DNA from: Bdellovibrionales bacterium
Lineage (GTDB): Bacteria > Bdellovibrionota > Bdellovibrionia > Bdellovibrionales > JAUICD01
DNA: 64,000 bases
Reading direction: 5' to 3'
Assembly (NCBI GenBank): GCA_965203275.1
Contig: OZ241865.1
Location: 960,001-1,024,000, forward strand
The position numbers were made by a program, and so were the translations under genes. The notes below the pieces were generated by a model. The model was not told the origin of the DNA. It was given only the letters and a program-made list of their open reading frames with translations, and did not search any database. Shown piece by piece: positions 35,342 to 45,361 of this stretch; the first letter of the stretch is position 1; each line of letters begins with the position of its first letter.

Positions 35342-36228
35342 AATGTTCTCCTTTGAATTAAACCCTGTCGAACTATCAAAGTGTGAATAAAAATGGAAAA
35401 GTGCAAAAACAACAAATAAAAAATGCCATGTTCTGTGTGTAAGTAAAATGTGGGTTTAAAAAGAGGTATTTCCCCCGCTAAGGTCTCCAAACATTGTAGC
35501 AGAAAAAACCACAAATGATCTCCCACAAAAGTCAGAGGTGGAAAGACAACACTTAAAAGTATCAAAGGGAAAAAAATAGTGCCGAATAAAGGTAAAAATA
35601 CAGTATTGATCAAAATGCTCATCGGATGAGGATTGCTAATGCTTCCTAAAAGAGGTGCCATAATCACATAAACTATTATGTTTTTAGTTAAGAGGGTTTG
35701 ATTTTTCCCTAGTGCTAAGGCTAAAGAAGCTGCCCAGCTGAGCAGAAAAGAAAAGGAATCATACCAAGGGGCAAAAAACAAAAGAGCTGTCAACGAAACA
35801 TGCCAAACAGAGATTGTTTGGTCCCATTGTAGTGCAAATTTTTCTTTAATGAATCTTAAACAAAGGGAAAACCAAGCTCTGACGACAGGTGGATTTAAGG
35901 CGGTTGCTAGAGCATAAAAAGCTAAAAGAATGACTTGTAAGCTAAAAGGCACTTTGATTTTTGAAAGCACTTTGTGGATACCACTTAAGTGCATACCTGA
36001 TACAACGAAAATATGCATCAATCCAGTAGAGGCTAATGTATGACGCAAATCGTTATCATCCAATCTTTTGCCACAAACAAGTGCCTCGTATATCTCAGGA
36101 GATGAACTTGAAGGCAGTAAAGATAGACAGCCTCCATGGATAGAGGCTATATATGTTTTCAGCAAGCTATGTGCATCTATTTGCAAAAAATAGAGTGATA
36201 TAAGAAACAACAAAAAGCTTAATTGCAT
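35338..36228 (-). CDS. comEC: ComEC/Rec2 membrane (Competence) domain protein
   Basis: GLMHIFVVSGMH, P.VRA, SF.LS; many TM helices; overlaps the MBL gene. Confidence 0.85.
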   Translation of the reverse strand: MQLSFLLFLISLYFLQIDAHSLLKTYIASIHGGCLSLLPSSSSPEIYEALVCGKRLDDNDLRHTLASTGLMHIFVVSGMHLSGIHKVLSKIKVPFSLQVILLAFYALATALNPPVVRAWFSLCLRFIKEKFALQWDQTISVWHVSLTALLFFAPWYDSFSFLLSWAASLALALGKNQTLLTKNIIVYVIMAPLLGSISNPHPMSILINTVFLPLFGTIFFPLILLSVVFPPLTFVGDHLWFFLLQCLETLAGEIPLFKPTFYLHTEHGIFYLLFLHFSIFIHTLIVRQGLIQRRTL

Positions 36229-36327
36229 TGTATTTAAGCATAAGCAAATGGTGTGCCAATTAAAACTGTGTTTTCTTGTGTTTCATTTCCAGAATTTGAA
36301 CTTTCTGCCGGATTTTACACGTTTTGG

Positions 36328-36870
36328 GTTCACTCAAAATGAGCCACACCTCTGGTGTGTTTTTGGGCATTGCTCTGACAGCTATCGCTGTCTAAAAAGA
36401 GCAATGCCGCAAAAAACTGCTCATTTTGAGTAGGGAGGATCTCCTCGTCTCTTAACCACATGTTAAGGAAACAGAGTTTCATTTGTAAACCCGCTTGCTC
36501 CTGAGATAATAAAAGAAATTTTCCCTAACATGGCGTAAAGGAATAAAAGGATCCTTCTCTACTCAAAATGAACAAGCTTTTGAGGATAATAAAAGAAATT
36601 TTCCCTAACATGGCGTAAAGGAATAAAAGGATCCTTCTCTACTCAAAATGAACAAGCTTTTGAGGTAGCCAGCTTTTTACGACGGCGTGAGCCGTCGGGC
36701 TGGCTACCCAAAAGTGGCCAGAGGCCAGTTCATTTTGAGTGAAATGTTAAGGAAACAGAGTTTTATTCGCAAACTGCTTGCTCCTGAGGTAATAAAAGAA
36801 ATTTTCCTTAACATGGTGTAAAAGAATAAAAGGATCCTCTCTACTCAAAATGCATAGATTTTTGAGGCTA
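36328..36870. repeat. Family A cluster in both orientations, with an 80-bp tandem duplication
   Basis: Plus copy 36330-36472, minus copy 36598-36744; ATAATAAAAGAAATTTTCCCTAAC at 36506 and 36586. Confidence 0.9.
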
Positions 36871-36964
36871 AAAACCTACTTTCATAAAAATCCTTTACTT
36901 TTAATTCAAAAGGTTTATAATAATACTAAAGGAATATTTACAATAATATGAAAGGTAGGTTAAA

Positions 36965-37264
36965 ATGTTTAAGGATGTGAAGGATACAGCTATATTTATA
37001 ATTGGTATTTTTAGTGTTGTAGCAAGCTTATTTTTTATAGGTGATATGTTGAATGACCCTATCCAAATACAAATAAATCATATTGAAGAAAAGATTGACA
37101 CACTTGAAGAAAAGATTGATACAAAGGTAGGCGGACTTGAAGAAAAGATTGATACAAAGGTAGGCGGACTTGAAGAAAAGATTGATAATATGGCTGAACA
37201 AAACAAAATTATAATACAAGCATTAAAGATTAAAGGCATTCATATTACTAAAGCCGGTCAATAA
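36965..37264 (+). CDS. TM-anchored coiled-coil protein with 33-bp repeats
   Basis: LEEKIDTKVGG repeats, N-terminal TM, AAGGTAGG RBS. Confidence 0.8.
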   Translation: MFKDVKDTAIFIIGIFSVVASLFFIGDMLNDPIQIQINHIEEKIDTLEEKIDTKVGGLEEKIDTKVGGLEEKIDNMAEQNKIIIQALKIKGIHITKAGQ

Positions 37265-37402
37265 CAATTAATTTTATAAGCACATCTTATAAGCAAAAGC
37301 CTCCAAACTGGCCAGAGCATATCCAAAATCTACTATTTTAATAATATTTGCTTCTATTTAAAATCCCACAACCTCCAAGCCAGTATATAATTAATAACTT
37401 CT

Positions 37403-38052
37403 GTTGTTTCACTAAATTCACTAAAAGTGGTCTTTTTCACTAAAAGTGGTCTGACCTCTGTCTCACTAAAAGTAAACCAACCTCTGGTTGCTTTTGGACA
37501 TTGCTCTGACAGCTCACGCTGTCTAAAAAGAGCAATGTCTCAAAAGTCCGTTTACTTTTAGTAGGGAAGGATCTCCTCGTTTTTTAACAACATGTTAAGG
37601 GTTTGTTTCACTCAAAATGCATCATGCCTCTGTTTCCCTAAAATTGAACTAGCCTCTGGCTACTTTTGGGCAGTTAGCCCGACGACTGTCGTCGTCGATC
37701 AAAGGCTAACTCCCTCAAAAGCTTGTTCAATTTTAGGAAGAAGGATCTCCTCGTCTCTTGACCACATGTTAAGGAAAATATCCTTTTAATACCAGTTAGC
37801 CCAACGGCTTATCGCCGTTGATCAAAGGCTAACTGCCTAGAAAATCCATTTATTTTGAGTAGGGAGGATCCTTTTTTTTTCTTAATACCATGTTAAGGAA
37901 AAAGTTCTTTTTAAACCCGCCAAGGGCTCAGGAGGAAATTTTTTAGATGCAAAAATTCATTACGATTAATCTTCTAGAACCTGACTGCCGGGTTGCCGGT
38001 TGCCGGATCCCGGATCCCAGATCCCGGATAAACACAATGTTAAGGAAAAAGA
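37403..38052 (+). repeat. Family A cluster with stuttered starts and heptamers
   Basis: Full copies 37462-37600 and 37632-37778; partial 37790-37900; heptamers 38003-38029. Confidence 0.9.
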
Positions 38053-38234
38053 GTTTTGATTCTATCATATTTAATGCCACCTCCACTGAATTTTTGGCCG
38101 CCGTGCCAGCTTGTTGTGATTTTTTGAGCAGAAATATATATTTCTTTTTTTAGAAAATAAGGTTTAAGGATCTGATTTACAAAAGCCTCTTCTGTTTTTC
38201 CTTCAACAATAAATTTGAGTCTTAAAGGATTCAT
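38040..38234 (-). pseudogene. DUF4276-like (TOPRIM-related) gene truncated by a repeat end
   Basis: FIVEGKTEEAFV..IL.PYF...GGG motif; ATGA coupling to the ATPase; stop comes from the family A terminus. Confidence 0.75.
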
Positions 38235-39447
38235 GAGGAAGGTCCTGTGCTGTAAGGTTTTCCACCAATAACATTCTTTTCCCAAAGCTCCACAAGTGTG
38301 TAGTCTTCAAGCCAATTTTTAAGATCTTCTTCTTTGAACTTTGAAAATACAGATTGACCATCTTTTCTATCTACCACAATAAGATTATCAACTTTAAATT
38401 GATCTACAAGAATATCAGATTGAGTAGATATAATCACTTGAGTATTGGTAGATACACTCTCTAGCATGCTAGCAAGCAAGCTTAAAGCATCAGGATGTAA
38501 CCCTAATTCTGGTTCATCAATAATAATAGTAGAAGGTAGATCAGGTTGCATGAAAAAACAGACTAATAGAGTGGTCAAGCAAATAAAGCGAAGGGTCCCA
38601 TCAGAAATTTGCCCAGGGATAAAAGTTTGATCCACGCCTTCACTTTGCCATCTTAACTGCATAGAGTCTTGATTTTCTGGAGTTTTTTCAAGCACAAAGT
38701 CTTTAAAAAAGGAGCAACTCTTTGAATAGTTTTAACAATCATTTTATAATGAGAATTATTAGCTTGTTGAAACTTATAAAGCATAGCCGTTAAATTCCCT
38801 CCATCACTATGGAAAGATATATTATCTCCTACAAGACATGTTTGCTTTACTCTCGCTACTGGACTTGTATCATGGAAATGATACACTTTTAGATTGTTAA
38901 ATGTGGATTTAATTTGCGGGCTAAAAAAATCTGCAATGTTTTTTTTGCTTTCTTGATTGGTATTTTCTGATACTTCAATATTTTTTTGACTATTGTTCTT
39001 CAATATTTTGATGATGTCTTCTTTTTTAAAAACTTCACTTTTTGACATCCAAGGAGTTTCTTGATTTTCTGATGAGGAAAGATCAATAGTTAATTCCTTA
39101 GAATTGCTTTTTTGTTTTCGCATCTTTAAATCAAAAACATCAGGATCGCAACGATTCAATTGAAAAGCATAACCGTAAGAGCTATGATCAAAGTAAATAC
39201 TAGAAGCAATTTGTTCAGTTACCTTTGACCCATTATGTAGAATTCGATTTGCTCCACCAAGTTTTTTAGTACTACCTTCTAAACTTTCATTAACAATATC
39301 ATTAAGAAATTTAAAAAAGCTTAAAAAATTACTTTTCCCTGAACCATTCGCTCCTATGAGAACATTAAGCCCTGGTGATAACTCTAAATTGTTGAGGTTT
39401 TTGATAGATTTGAATCCCTCAATAGATATTGATTGTATTTTGGGCAT
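38231..39447 (-). pseudogene. AAA_21/AbiEii-like ATPase with a single frameshift
   Basis: GANGSGKS in 38653-39447; SDGT signature, IDEPELGLHP and STQS in 38231-38695; frames switch at the A6 run 38705-38710. Confidence 0.85.
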
Positions 39448-39486
39448 AACTTTAGTCCTTATTTATAAAGTTGCTTTGAAAACAAA

Positions 39487-39726
39487 TTAAGCATTAATAA
39501 TATCTTGTCGAATATTTTCTGGTCTTATTTGAAATTCTTGAAACCATTGATGCCATTCGTTAACTTTATAACCACCTATAATAGATTTTAACAATCTAAT
39601 AGCATGAAAGATACAGGATTTCCCGCAACCATTAGGTCCTGCAATTAAGACAGTATCTGTAAGGTCATTTAGCTCCATGTACTTGATAGCTCTAAAATTT
39701 TCAATCTTTAGGCTCTTGATCTTCAT
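39487..39726 (-). pseudogene. Truncated ABC/AAA ATPase (N-terminal Walker A only)
   Basis: MKIKSLKIENFRAI...GPNGCGKS, stop at 79 aa. Confidence 0.8.
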
Positions 39727-39954
39727 AATATTTACTTTACTCCTTTGTATTTCACAAAACTATAATATTCTTTTGAACTTGCTTTGCCACTATTTTCCAC
39801 TCACAACACTAATCCATATAATAAGTCATTTTACAACATAAAGCAAGCCCTTATAGATTTGCTCTTGCTCCCACTAAGCAACAGGTAGGTAGCATGGCGA
39901 AGACAGGGCAGGTGGCATGACACAACCTACAACAAGACATTAAAGCTCACATTG

Positions 39955-40025
39955 TAGTGGCACAAAATCTCTTTCGACTCATAACCTACTGCTCAACTTT
40001 ATTTTTGCAGGCTATCAAACTCAGG
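39955..40025 (-). repeat. Family C repeat
   Basis: Reverse complement CCTGAGTTTGATAGCCTGCAAAAATAAAGTTGAG...GATTTTGTGCCACTA. Confidence 0.8.
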
Positions 40026-40082
40026 TATTTGTGTGTTGTTATGTAGATTGAAAAATTAGAAAGTTTATAAGTTAAGATAAGG

Positions 40083-42161
40083 CTAAGGAATGATCTCTTC
40101 ACATGTATCTCCCATACACTCCATCATTTCACCTGGGCAATGCTCGCGCCTTGTACACTCTACACATCGACCTCCTGAACATCCTCCGGGGCAATCTAAG
40201 TCATCTACACACTCTACACATCGGCCTCTATCACATTTCTCAGGACACTCCGAGTCATCTGTACACCCACTTTGGCTTGATGTTGCCGATGCTGTTGGTG
40301 TTGCCGATGTTGTTGTTGTCGGTGTTGTTGTTGTCGGTGTTGTCCGTGGTGTCGATGGTCCTGGGGGTGATGTTGGTCCTCCAGCCGTTGGTGTTGCTTT
40401 TTTACACGTTTCTGAATCATCACCTCCATTGATCCCCCTACATACCCATTGAAAATACATAGGATTATCTTCAATAACTTCTACATCTGATTCTATCCTA
40501 CATCCATTTTTAGTATTCTCGTCACATACTCCATCCACAGGACCTAAGTCATCTAGGCTTGCACCTGGTCTTGGATATAGCCATCGACCGATGCTACCCT
40601 TTTGACAGGTTTCATCTGTGACGTCAGTCCATGCAGGCGTTGGAGTATTTCTTCCTGCTCCTGCCAAAAAATCAATAATTTGAACATCTGTACTGTTATT
40701 AGGATTTCCTTCACCACGATAATAAGCTAAAGCATCTGCGGAAATGCGATTACAATCTCCTCTGACACAGTTATAGCCAAACCTGTCATCTATGCGATGT
40801 AACTCATTCACAACTAAATCCAAAAATCTATAATCCTCCGTATACTCTGAACCATCCCATACAGCCTTATAAGCTGCATCATTTGCAGTGGCAAGTCTTT
40901 GTACCACGTGTTCCATGGTCCTAGCTGGTTTGTTTTTAGATGGAGAATTAGGAGAATTACAAGTGAGGTGATTAGGATCACCACCTGGGTCGCCATTTAG
41001 GCGACCATCAGAATAGTCACCTAACATACCTCCACCTGTGCCGTCTGTTTTGGGCAATCTATAAAGTTGCACATTGGTTCTTTTACGTACATTAGGTCTT
41101 GTATTGCTATGTCTTGCAAAGCCTGAAACCATAAAGCCTACGACTTCTCCAGGTCTTGCGACCCATTGTTTTAAAGGAGATAGCCTGATATGCCCTCTCC
41201 ATGCACTACTATAGACTTTACTTAAAGGAGATGTATTAGGAGGGATACCAAACTTACAATATTGGGTTGGTCGAAGCCATTCGTATGTTGCAGCATAATA
41301 GCGACCACTGATTTTAACAAATACCCAGGGATTACCCACTAGTTGAGTACCATCACCTAAAGGATCCCCTGTAGGCCATCGGCCTCTTTCTGTATAGTCA
41401 GTGCAAATTTGTCCATTGCTTTTCACTTGAACAGAAGTTATGCGGGAGCTTTCAGTCCATCCACTTACGTTTTGATCAAGCCAAGTGACTTTTGAAAAAT
41501 TAAAATCAGAAAAGTTACTATTTCCTCCAGGTCCAGAACAGGTGGCGGAACTAAAACACGATGTAGGAGGTAATGGATAACCAGGGATATGAGGGGGAGT
41601 ATCCTTATTTCTAAGGTAAATCCAAGTCCCTTGCATATCTGATCGTCGCTTCCAAACAAATTGAGGAGGATTGCTGTCACAATTGCTAATAATTTCATAA
41701 ACAACTATATTACTACTTCCTTGACGTTCTGCAGGGTTTCTGCCTTTATAGTAAGCAATATGAGCTGTTGAGATTTGATCTGGTTCATTAATGCAATTCT
41801 TTCCCCTTGGACAGTAATATCCATAACGCCAATATATGCTATGCTCACTATTATTCCTTAAAGCATGTAGTTGATTATCTAAAGAATCATAATCATCACA
41901 AGCATCCTCACCAGGTGGTGGTGGGGGATCTGACCCTCCGGGATCTAATGGAGTTGGAGTGTTATCTGGATCTGGTGGTGATGGAGGATAGGGTGGATTT
42001 TCATTATTTCCATTATTGCCACTATTGCCATTATCTTGTGGGGTGACAGAAAGCATTTTAATAGGGTTATCTACTTGTCCACAATTGTTAAATTGCAAAC
42101 TCAATAGAGTTAAAAATGCCATAATAACAATAAAAGAAAATTTCTTATTTATTATTTTCAT
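40083..42161 (-). CDS. Modular Cys-rich secreted lipoprotein, paralog 1 (A-B-C-Cys tail)
   Basis: LQFNNC lipobox-like motif, Pro linkers, domains shared with the next two genes. Confidence 0.85.
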   Translation of the reverse strand: MKIINKKFSFIVIMAFLTLLSLQFNNCGQVDNPIKMLSVTPQDNGNSGNNGNNENPPYPPSPPDPDNTPTPLDPGGSDPPPPPGEDACDDYDSLDNQLHALRNNSEHSIYWRYGYYCPRGKNCINEPDQISTAHIAYYKGRNPAERQGSSNIVVYEIISNCDSNPPQFVWKRRSDMQGTWIYLRNKDTPPHIPGYPLPPTSCFSSATCSGPGGNSNFSDFNFSKVTWLDQNVSGWTESSRITSVQVKSNGQICTDYTERGRWPTGDPLGDGTQLVGNPWVFVKISGRYYAATYEWLRPTQYCKFGIPPNTSPLSKVYSSAWRGHIRLSPLKQWVARPGEVVGFMVSGFARHSNTRPNVRKRTNVQLYRLPKTDGTGGGMLGDYSDGRLNGDPGGDPNHLTCNSPNSPSKNKPARTMEHVVQRLATANDAAYKAVWDGSEYTEDYRFLDLVVNELHRIDDRFGYNCVRGDCNRISADALAYYRGEGNPNNSTDVQIIDFLAGAGRNTPTPAWTDVTDETCQKGSIGRWLYPRPGASLDDLGPVDGVCDENTKNGCRIESDVEVIEDNPMYFQWVCRGINGGDDSETCKKATPTAGGPTSPPGPSTPRTTPTTTTPTTTTSATPTASATSSQSGCTDDSECPEKCDRGRCVECVDDLDCPGGCSGGRCVECTRREHCPGEMMECMGDTCEEIIP

Positions 42162-42548
42162 CTTATTTATTTTTATCTTTATTATTAAGTTTTAAGATTC
42201 TCTCTAAATGATTTATCGGCAGATATTATTTAAAACTTGAGTTTCATTGGTGAATATCTTTTCAAAGTGAATGGATAGAACCTAAAAACAGTAAAGAAAT
42301 AAAGCCATCTAGTAGCAGGCTAACTTATCTATGACAGCTAATGAGTTGATTGCTTAAAAAGCATTGTAAAGGTAGTTAAAAGATCAAAAATTTGCTCATA
42401 AAGTTATTATAGTAAGGCTTGTTTTATTTAGTTCATGATGATGAACAATACATATTTATAATATAAAACGGCTATACTGTCAGCTATGTTGTTTGGAGGC
42501 TCATCTGTTTAAGGTGAACTATAATCAAAAGCAATGTTTCCTCTCATT

Positions 42549-45134
42549 CTATACTGAACCATACTCAGGACCAGTGTCTCCTTCTCCTCCGTCTATGTTT
42601 GAGTCTGGTGGGTTGGGGCTTGCTCCTCCTCCTCCGTCACCACCACCGGGTCTTGGCCGTGCTGATCTTGTATTTGATGGCTGTGAGTCTGCTGGAGGAT
42701 TTTTCTTTTTTCTACACACTCCTGACCTTTCACCTCCATTGATCCCATCACACCGCCATTGATAATAATGATCTGTATCTTCTTCAGCTGCAGCATTTTG
42801 TAAACCAGAGGAACATCCACTCTCCGTGCTATTATCACACTTTCCATTCTCAGAAACTGTATTAGTTGATTTTATTTGGTGACAGGCGTCTTCTTGCCTA
42901 CAACCACAGCTAGGAATATACTCAAATGGAATATTACGGCAGGTCCAGCGATAGAAGTTGTTATTCTCGCCTGGATGTGGGCTATATGTTCCAGCCTTAC
43001 ATTTAAGATTGTGAGTGTTAGCACACCTTCCACATGTAATGTTATCGACCTTTGATAAGTCTATGCCATTTGAGTCTGAACAGTCACCAGAACCTGAGTC
43101 ATCTGGGCTGACTGCTGTGTCTGGGCCACCTCCATCTGGGACTGAACCACCTCCACCAGAACCACCTGAACTTGGACTTGCACCTGGTCTTGGATATAGC
43201 CATCGACCGATGCTACCCTTTTGACAGGTTTCATCTGTGACATCAATCCATGCAGGCGTTGGAGTATTTCTTCCTGCTCCTCTTAAAAAATCAATAATTA
43301 TAACATCTGCACTATTATTAGGACTTCCTTCACCACGATAATAAGCTAAAGCATCTGCGGAAATGCGATTACAATCTCCTCTGACACAGTTATAGCCAAA
43401 CCTCTCGTCTATGCGATGTAATTCATTCACAACTAAATCCAAAAATCTATAATCCTCCGTATACTCTGAACCATCCCACACAGCCTTATAAGCTGCATCA
43501 TTTGCAGTGGCAAGCTTTTGTACCACGTGTTGCATGGTCCTAGCTGGTTTGTTTTTTTTAGATGGAGAATTACAAGTAGAGTAACCACCACCTGTGTCGC
43601 CACTTAGGCGACCATCAGTATAGGTACCTAATGTAGCTCCGCCTGTGCCATCTGCGGCTGGCAACCTATAAAACTGTACATTAGTTCTTTTACGTACATT
43701 TCTCACATTATTTCTTGCAAGCCCTGAGACCATAAACCCCACGATTTCTCCAGGTTTTGGTATCCATCGATCTAAAGGAGATTTTTTAATATGCCGTCCC
43801 CATGCATTATTATAGACTTTACTTAAAGGTTTTGTGTTCTCATGACCAAACTTACAATATTGATTTGGTCGAAGCCATTCGTATGTTGCCGCATAATAGC
43901 GACCACTGATTTTAACAAACACCCAGGGATTACCCACTAGTTGAGTACCATTACCTAAAGGCTCCCCTGCAGGCCACTGACCTTTTTCTGTATAGTCAGT
44001 ACAAATTTGTCCACCGCTTTTCACCTGAACAGAAGTTATGTGGGAGCTTTCAGTCCATCCACTCACATCGTAGTGAAGCCAGGTGACTTTTGAAAAATCA
44101 AAATCAGAAAAATCACTATCAGGAACAACCGCTCCACCTGTCCTTGGATATTTCCAATAACCATTTGCTGGGTTAGCTCTATCTTTGTGTCTTTCGTGGC
44201 TTGTGTCGTCCCACTGAACTCGACAACTTGAAGATATAATATCCACAAAACGCAGATTGCTACTTCTATTTCCATTGCCACTTCCACAATAATAAGCAAT
44301 GGCATCCTTTGATGCATGATTAAGGTTATGTTGTGTCCTGTGGTAATAACCCCATCTGGTATCTGTTTTTCTCAGCTCTACAAGGACCTTCTCTAAAAAA
44401 TCATAATTACCAGGCTTAGTACAATTATTAGAATTTCTAAGTAAGCTATGATGCTCTCTTGCAACTTTTGATACAATAGAGAGTCTATCTGGAACAGAGC
44501 ATTGTCCAAGAGGTGTATAACCTGGTGTTGGTGTTCCACTTGTAGTGGGAGGGGGAGATGTACAAGTAGGGGGAGGAGGAGGATATGAGTCATCTCTAAG
44601 GTAAATCCAAGTCCCTTGCATATTAGGTTGTGGATTCCAATCCAATTGAGGAGGATTGTTGCCACAATTGTTAAGAATTTCTATAACATCTATCTCACTG
44701 CTTCCCTGACGTTCTGCAGGATTTCTGCCTTTATAGTAAGCAATATGCACTTTTGAGAGGTCATCTTTGTTCTCAATACAATTTTGACCCATTGGGCAGT
44801 AATGTCCGTAACGCCAAGACCTGTGACAATCACTATTCTTCTTTCTTAATCTATATAATGACTCATCTATAAAATTATAATCATCACAAGCATTCTTACC
44901 AGGTGTTGGATTTTCAGGATCTTCAGGATCTATTGGAGGTGGAATGTCATCTGGTACTCGTGGTGGTGGATAGGGTAGATTTTCATTATTTCCATTATTG
45001 TCATTATTTTGTTGGGTGATAGGAGGCAGTTTAATAGGGTTATCTACTTGTCCACAATTGTTAAATTGCAAACTCAATAGAGTTATGAATGCCATGATAA
45101 CAATAAAAGAAAATTTCTTATTTATTATCTTCAT
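42549..45134 (-). CDS. Modular Cys-rich secreted lipoprotein, paralog 2 (A-D-B-C-Cys tail)
   Basis: Near-identical signal peptide to paralog 1, with an extra D domain. Confidence 0.85.
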   Translation of the reverse strand: MKIINKKFSFIVIMAFITLLSLQFNNCGQVDNPIKLPPITQQNNDNNGNNENLPYPPPRVPDDIPPPIDPEDPENPTPGKNACDDYNFIDESLYRLRKKNSDCHRSWRYGHYCPMGQNCIENKDDLSKVHIAYYKGRNPAERQGSSEIDVIEILNNCGNNPPQLDWNPQPNMQGTWIYLRDDSYPPPPPTCTSPPPTTSGTPTPGYTPLGQCSVPDRLSIVSKVAREHHSLLRNSNNCTKPGNYDFLEKVLVELRKTDTRWGYYHRTQHNLNHASKDAIAYYCGSGNGNRSSNLRFVDIISSSCRVQWDDTSHERHKDRANPANGYWKYPRTGGAVVPDSDFSDFDFSKVTWLHYDVSGWTESSHITSVQVKSGGQICTDYTEKGQWPAGEPLGNGTQLVGNPWVFVKISGRYYAATYEWLRPNQYCKFGHENTKPLSKVYNNAWGRHIKKSPLDRWIPKPGEIVGFMVSGLARNNVRNVRKRTNVQFYRLPAADGTGGATLGTYTDGRLSGDTGGGYSTCNSPSKKNKPARTMQHVVQKLATANDAAYKAVWDGSEYTEDYRFLDLVVNELHRIDERFGYNCVRGDCNRISADALAYYRGEGSPNNSADVIIIDFLRGAGRNTPTPAWIDVTDETCQKGSIGRWLYPRPGASPSSGGSGGGGSVPDGGGPDTAVSPDDSGSGDCSDSNGIDLSKVDNITCGRCANTHNLKCKAGTYSPHPGENNNFYRWTCRNIPFEYIPSCGCRQEDACHQIKSTNTVSENGKCDNSTESGCSSGLQNAAAEEDTDHYYQWRCDGINGGERSGVCRKKKNPPADSQPSNTRSARPRPGGGDGGGGASPNPPDSNIDGGEGDTGPEYGSV

Positions 45135-45361
45135 CTTATTTATTTTTATCTTTATTATTAAGTTTTAAGATTCTCTCTAAATGATTTATCGGCAGATATT
45201 ATTTTAAACTTGAGTTTCATTGGTGAATATCTTTTCAAAGTGAATGGATAGAACCTAAAAACAGTAAAGAAATAAAGCCATCTAGTAGCAGGCTAACTTA
45301 TCTATTTGTGTGCTGTTATGTAGATTGAAAAAAGATAGAAAGTTTATAAGCGAAGGTAAGG

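Noticed and set aside
34607..36228. comEC as a frameshifted pseudogene
   Set aside because: The two ORFs overlap with a separate start and both keep their motifs. Split ComEC membrane and MBL genes are a natural arrangement.
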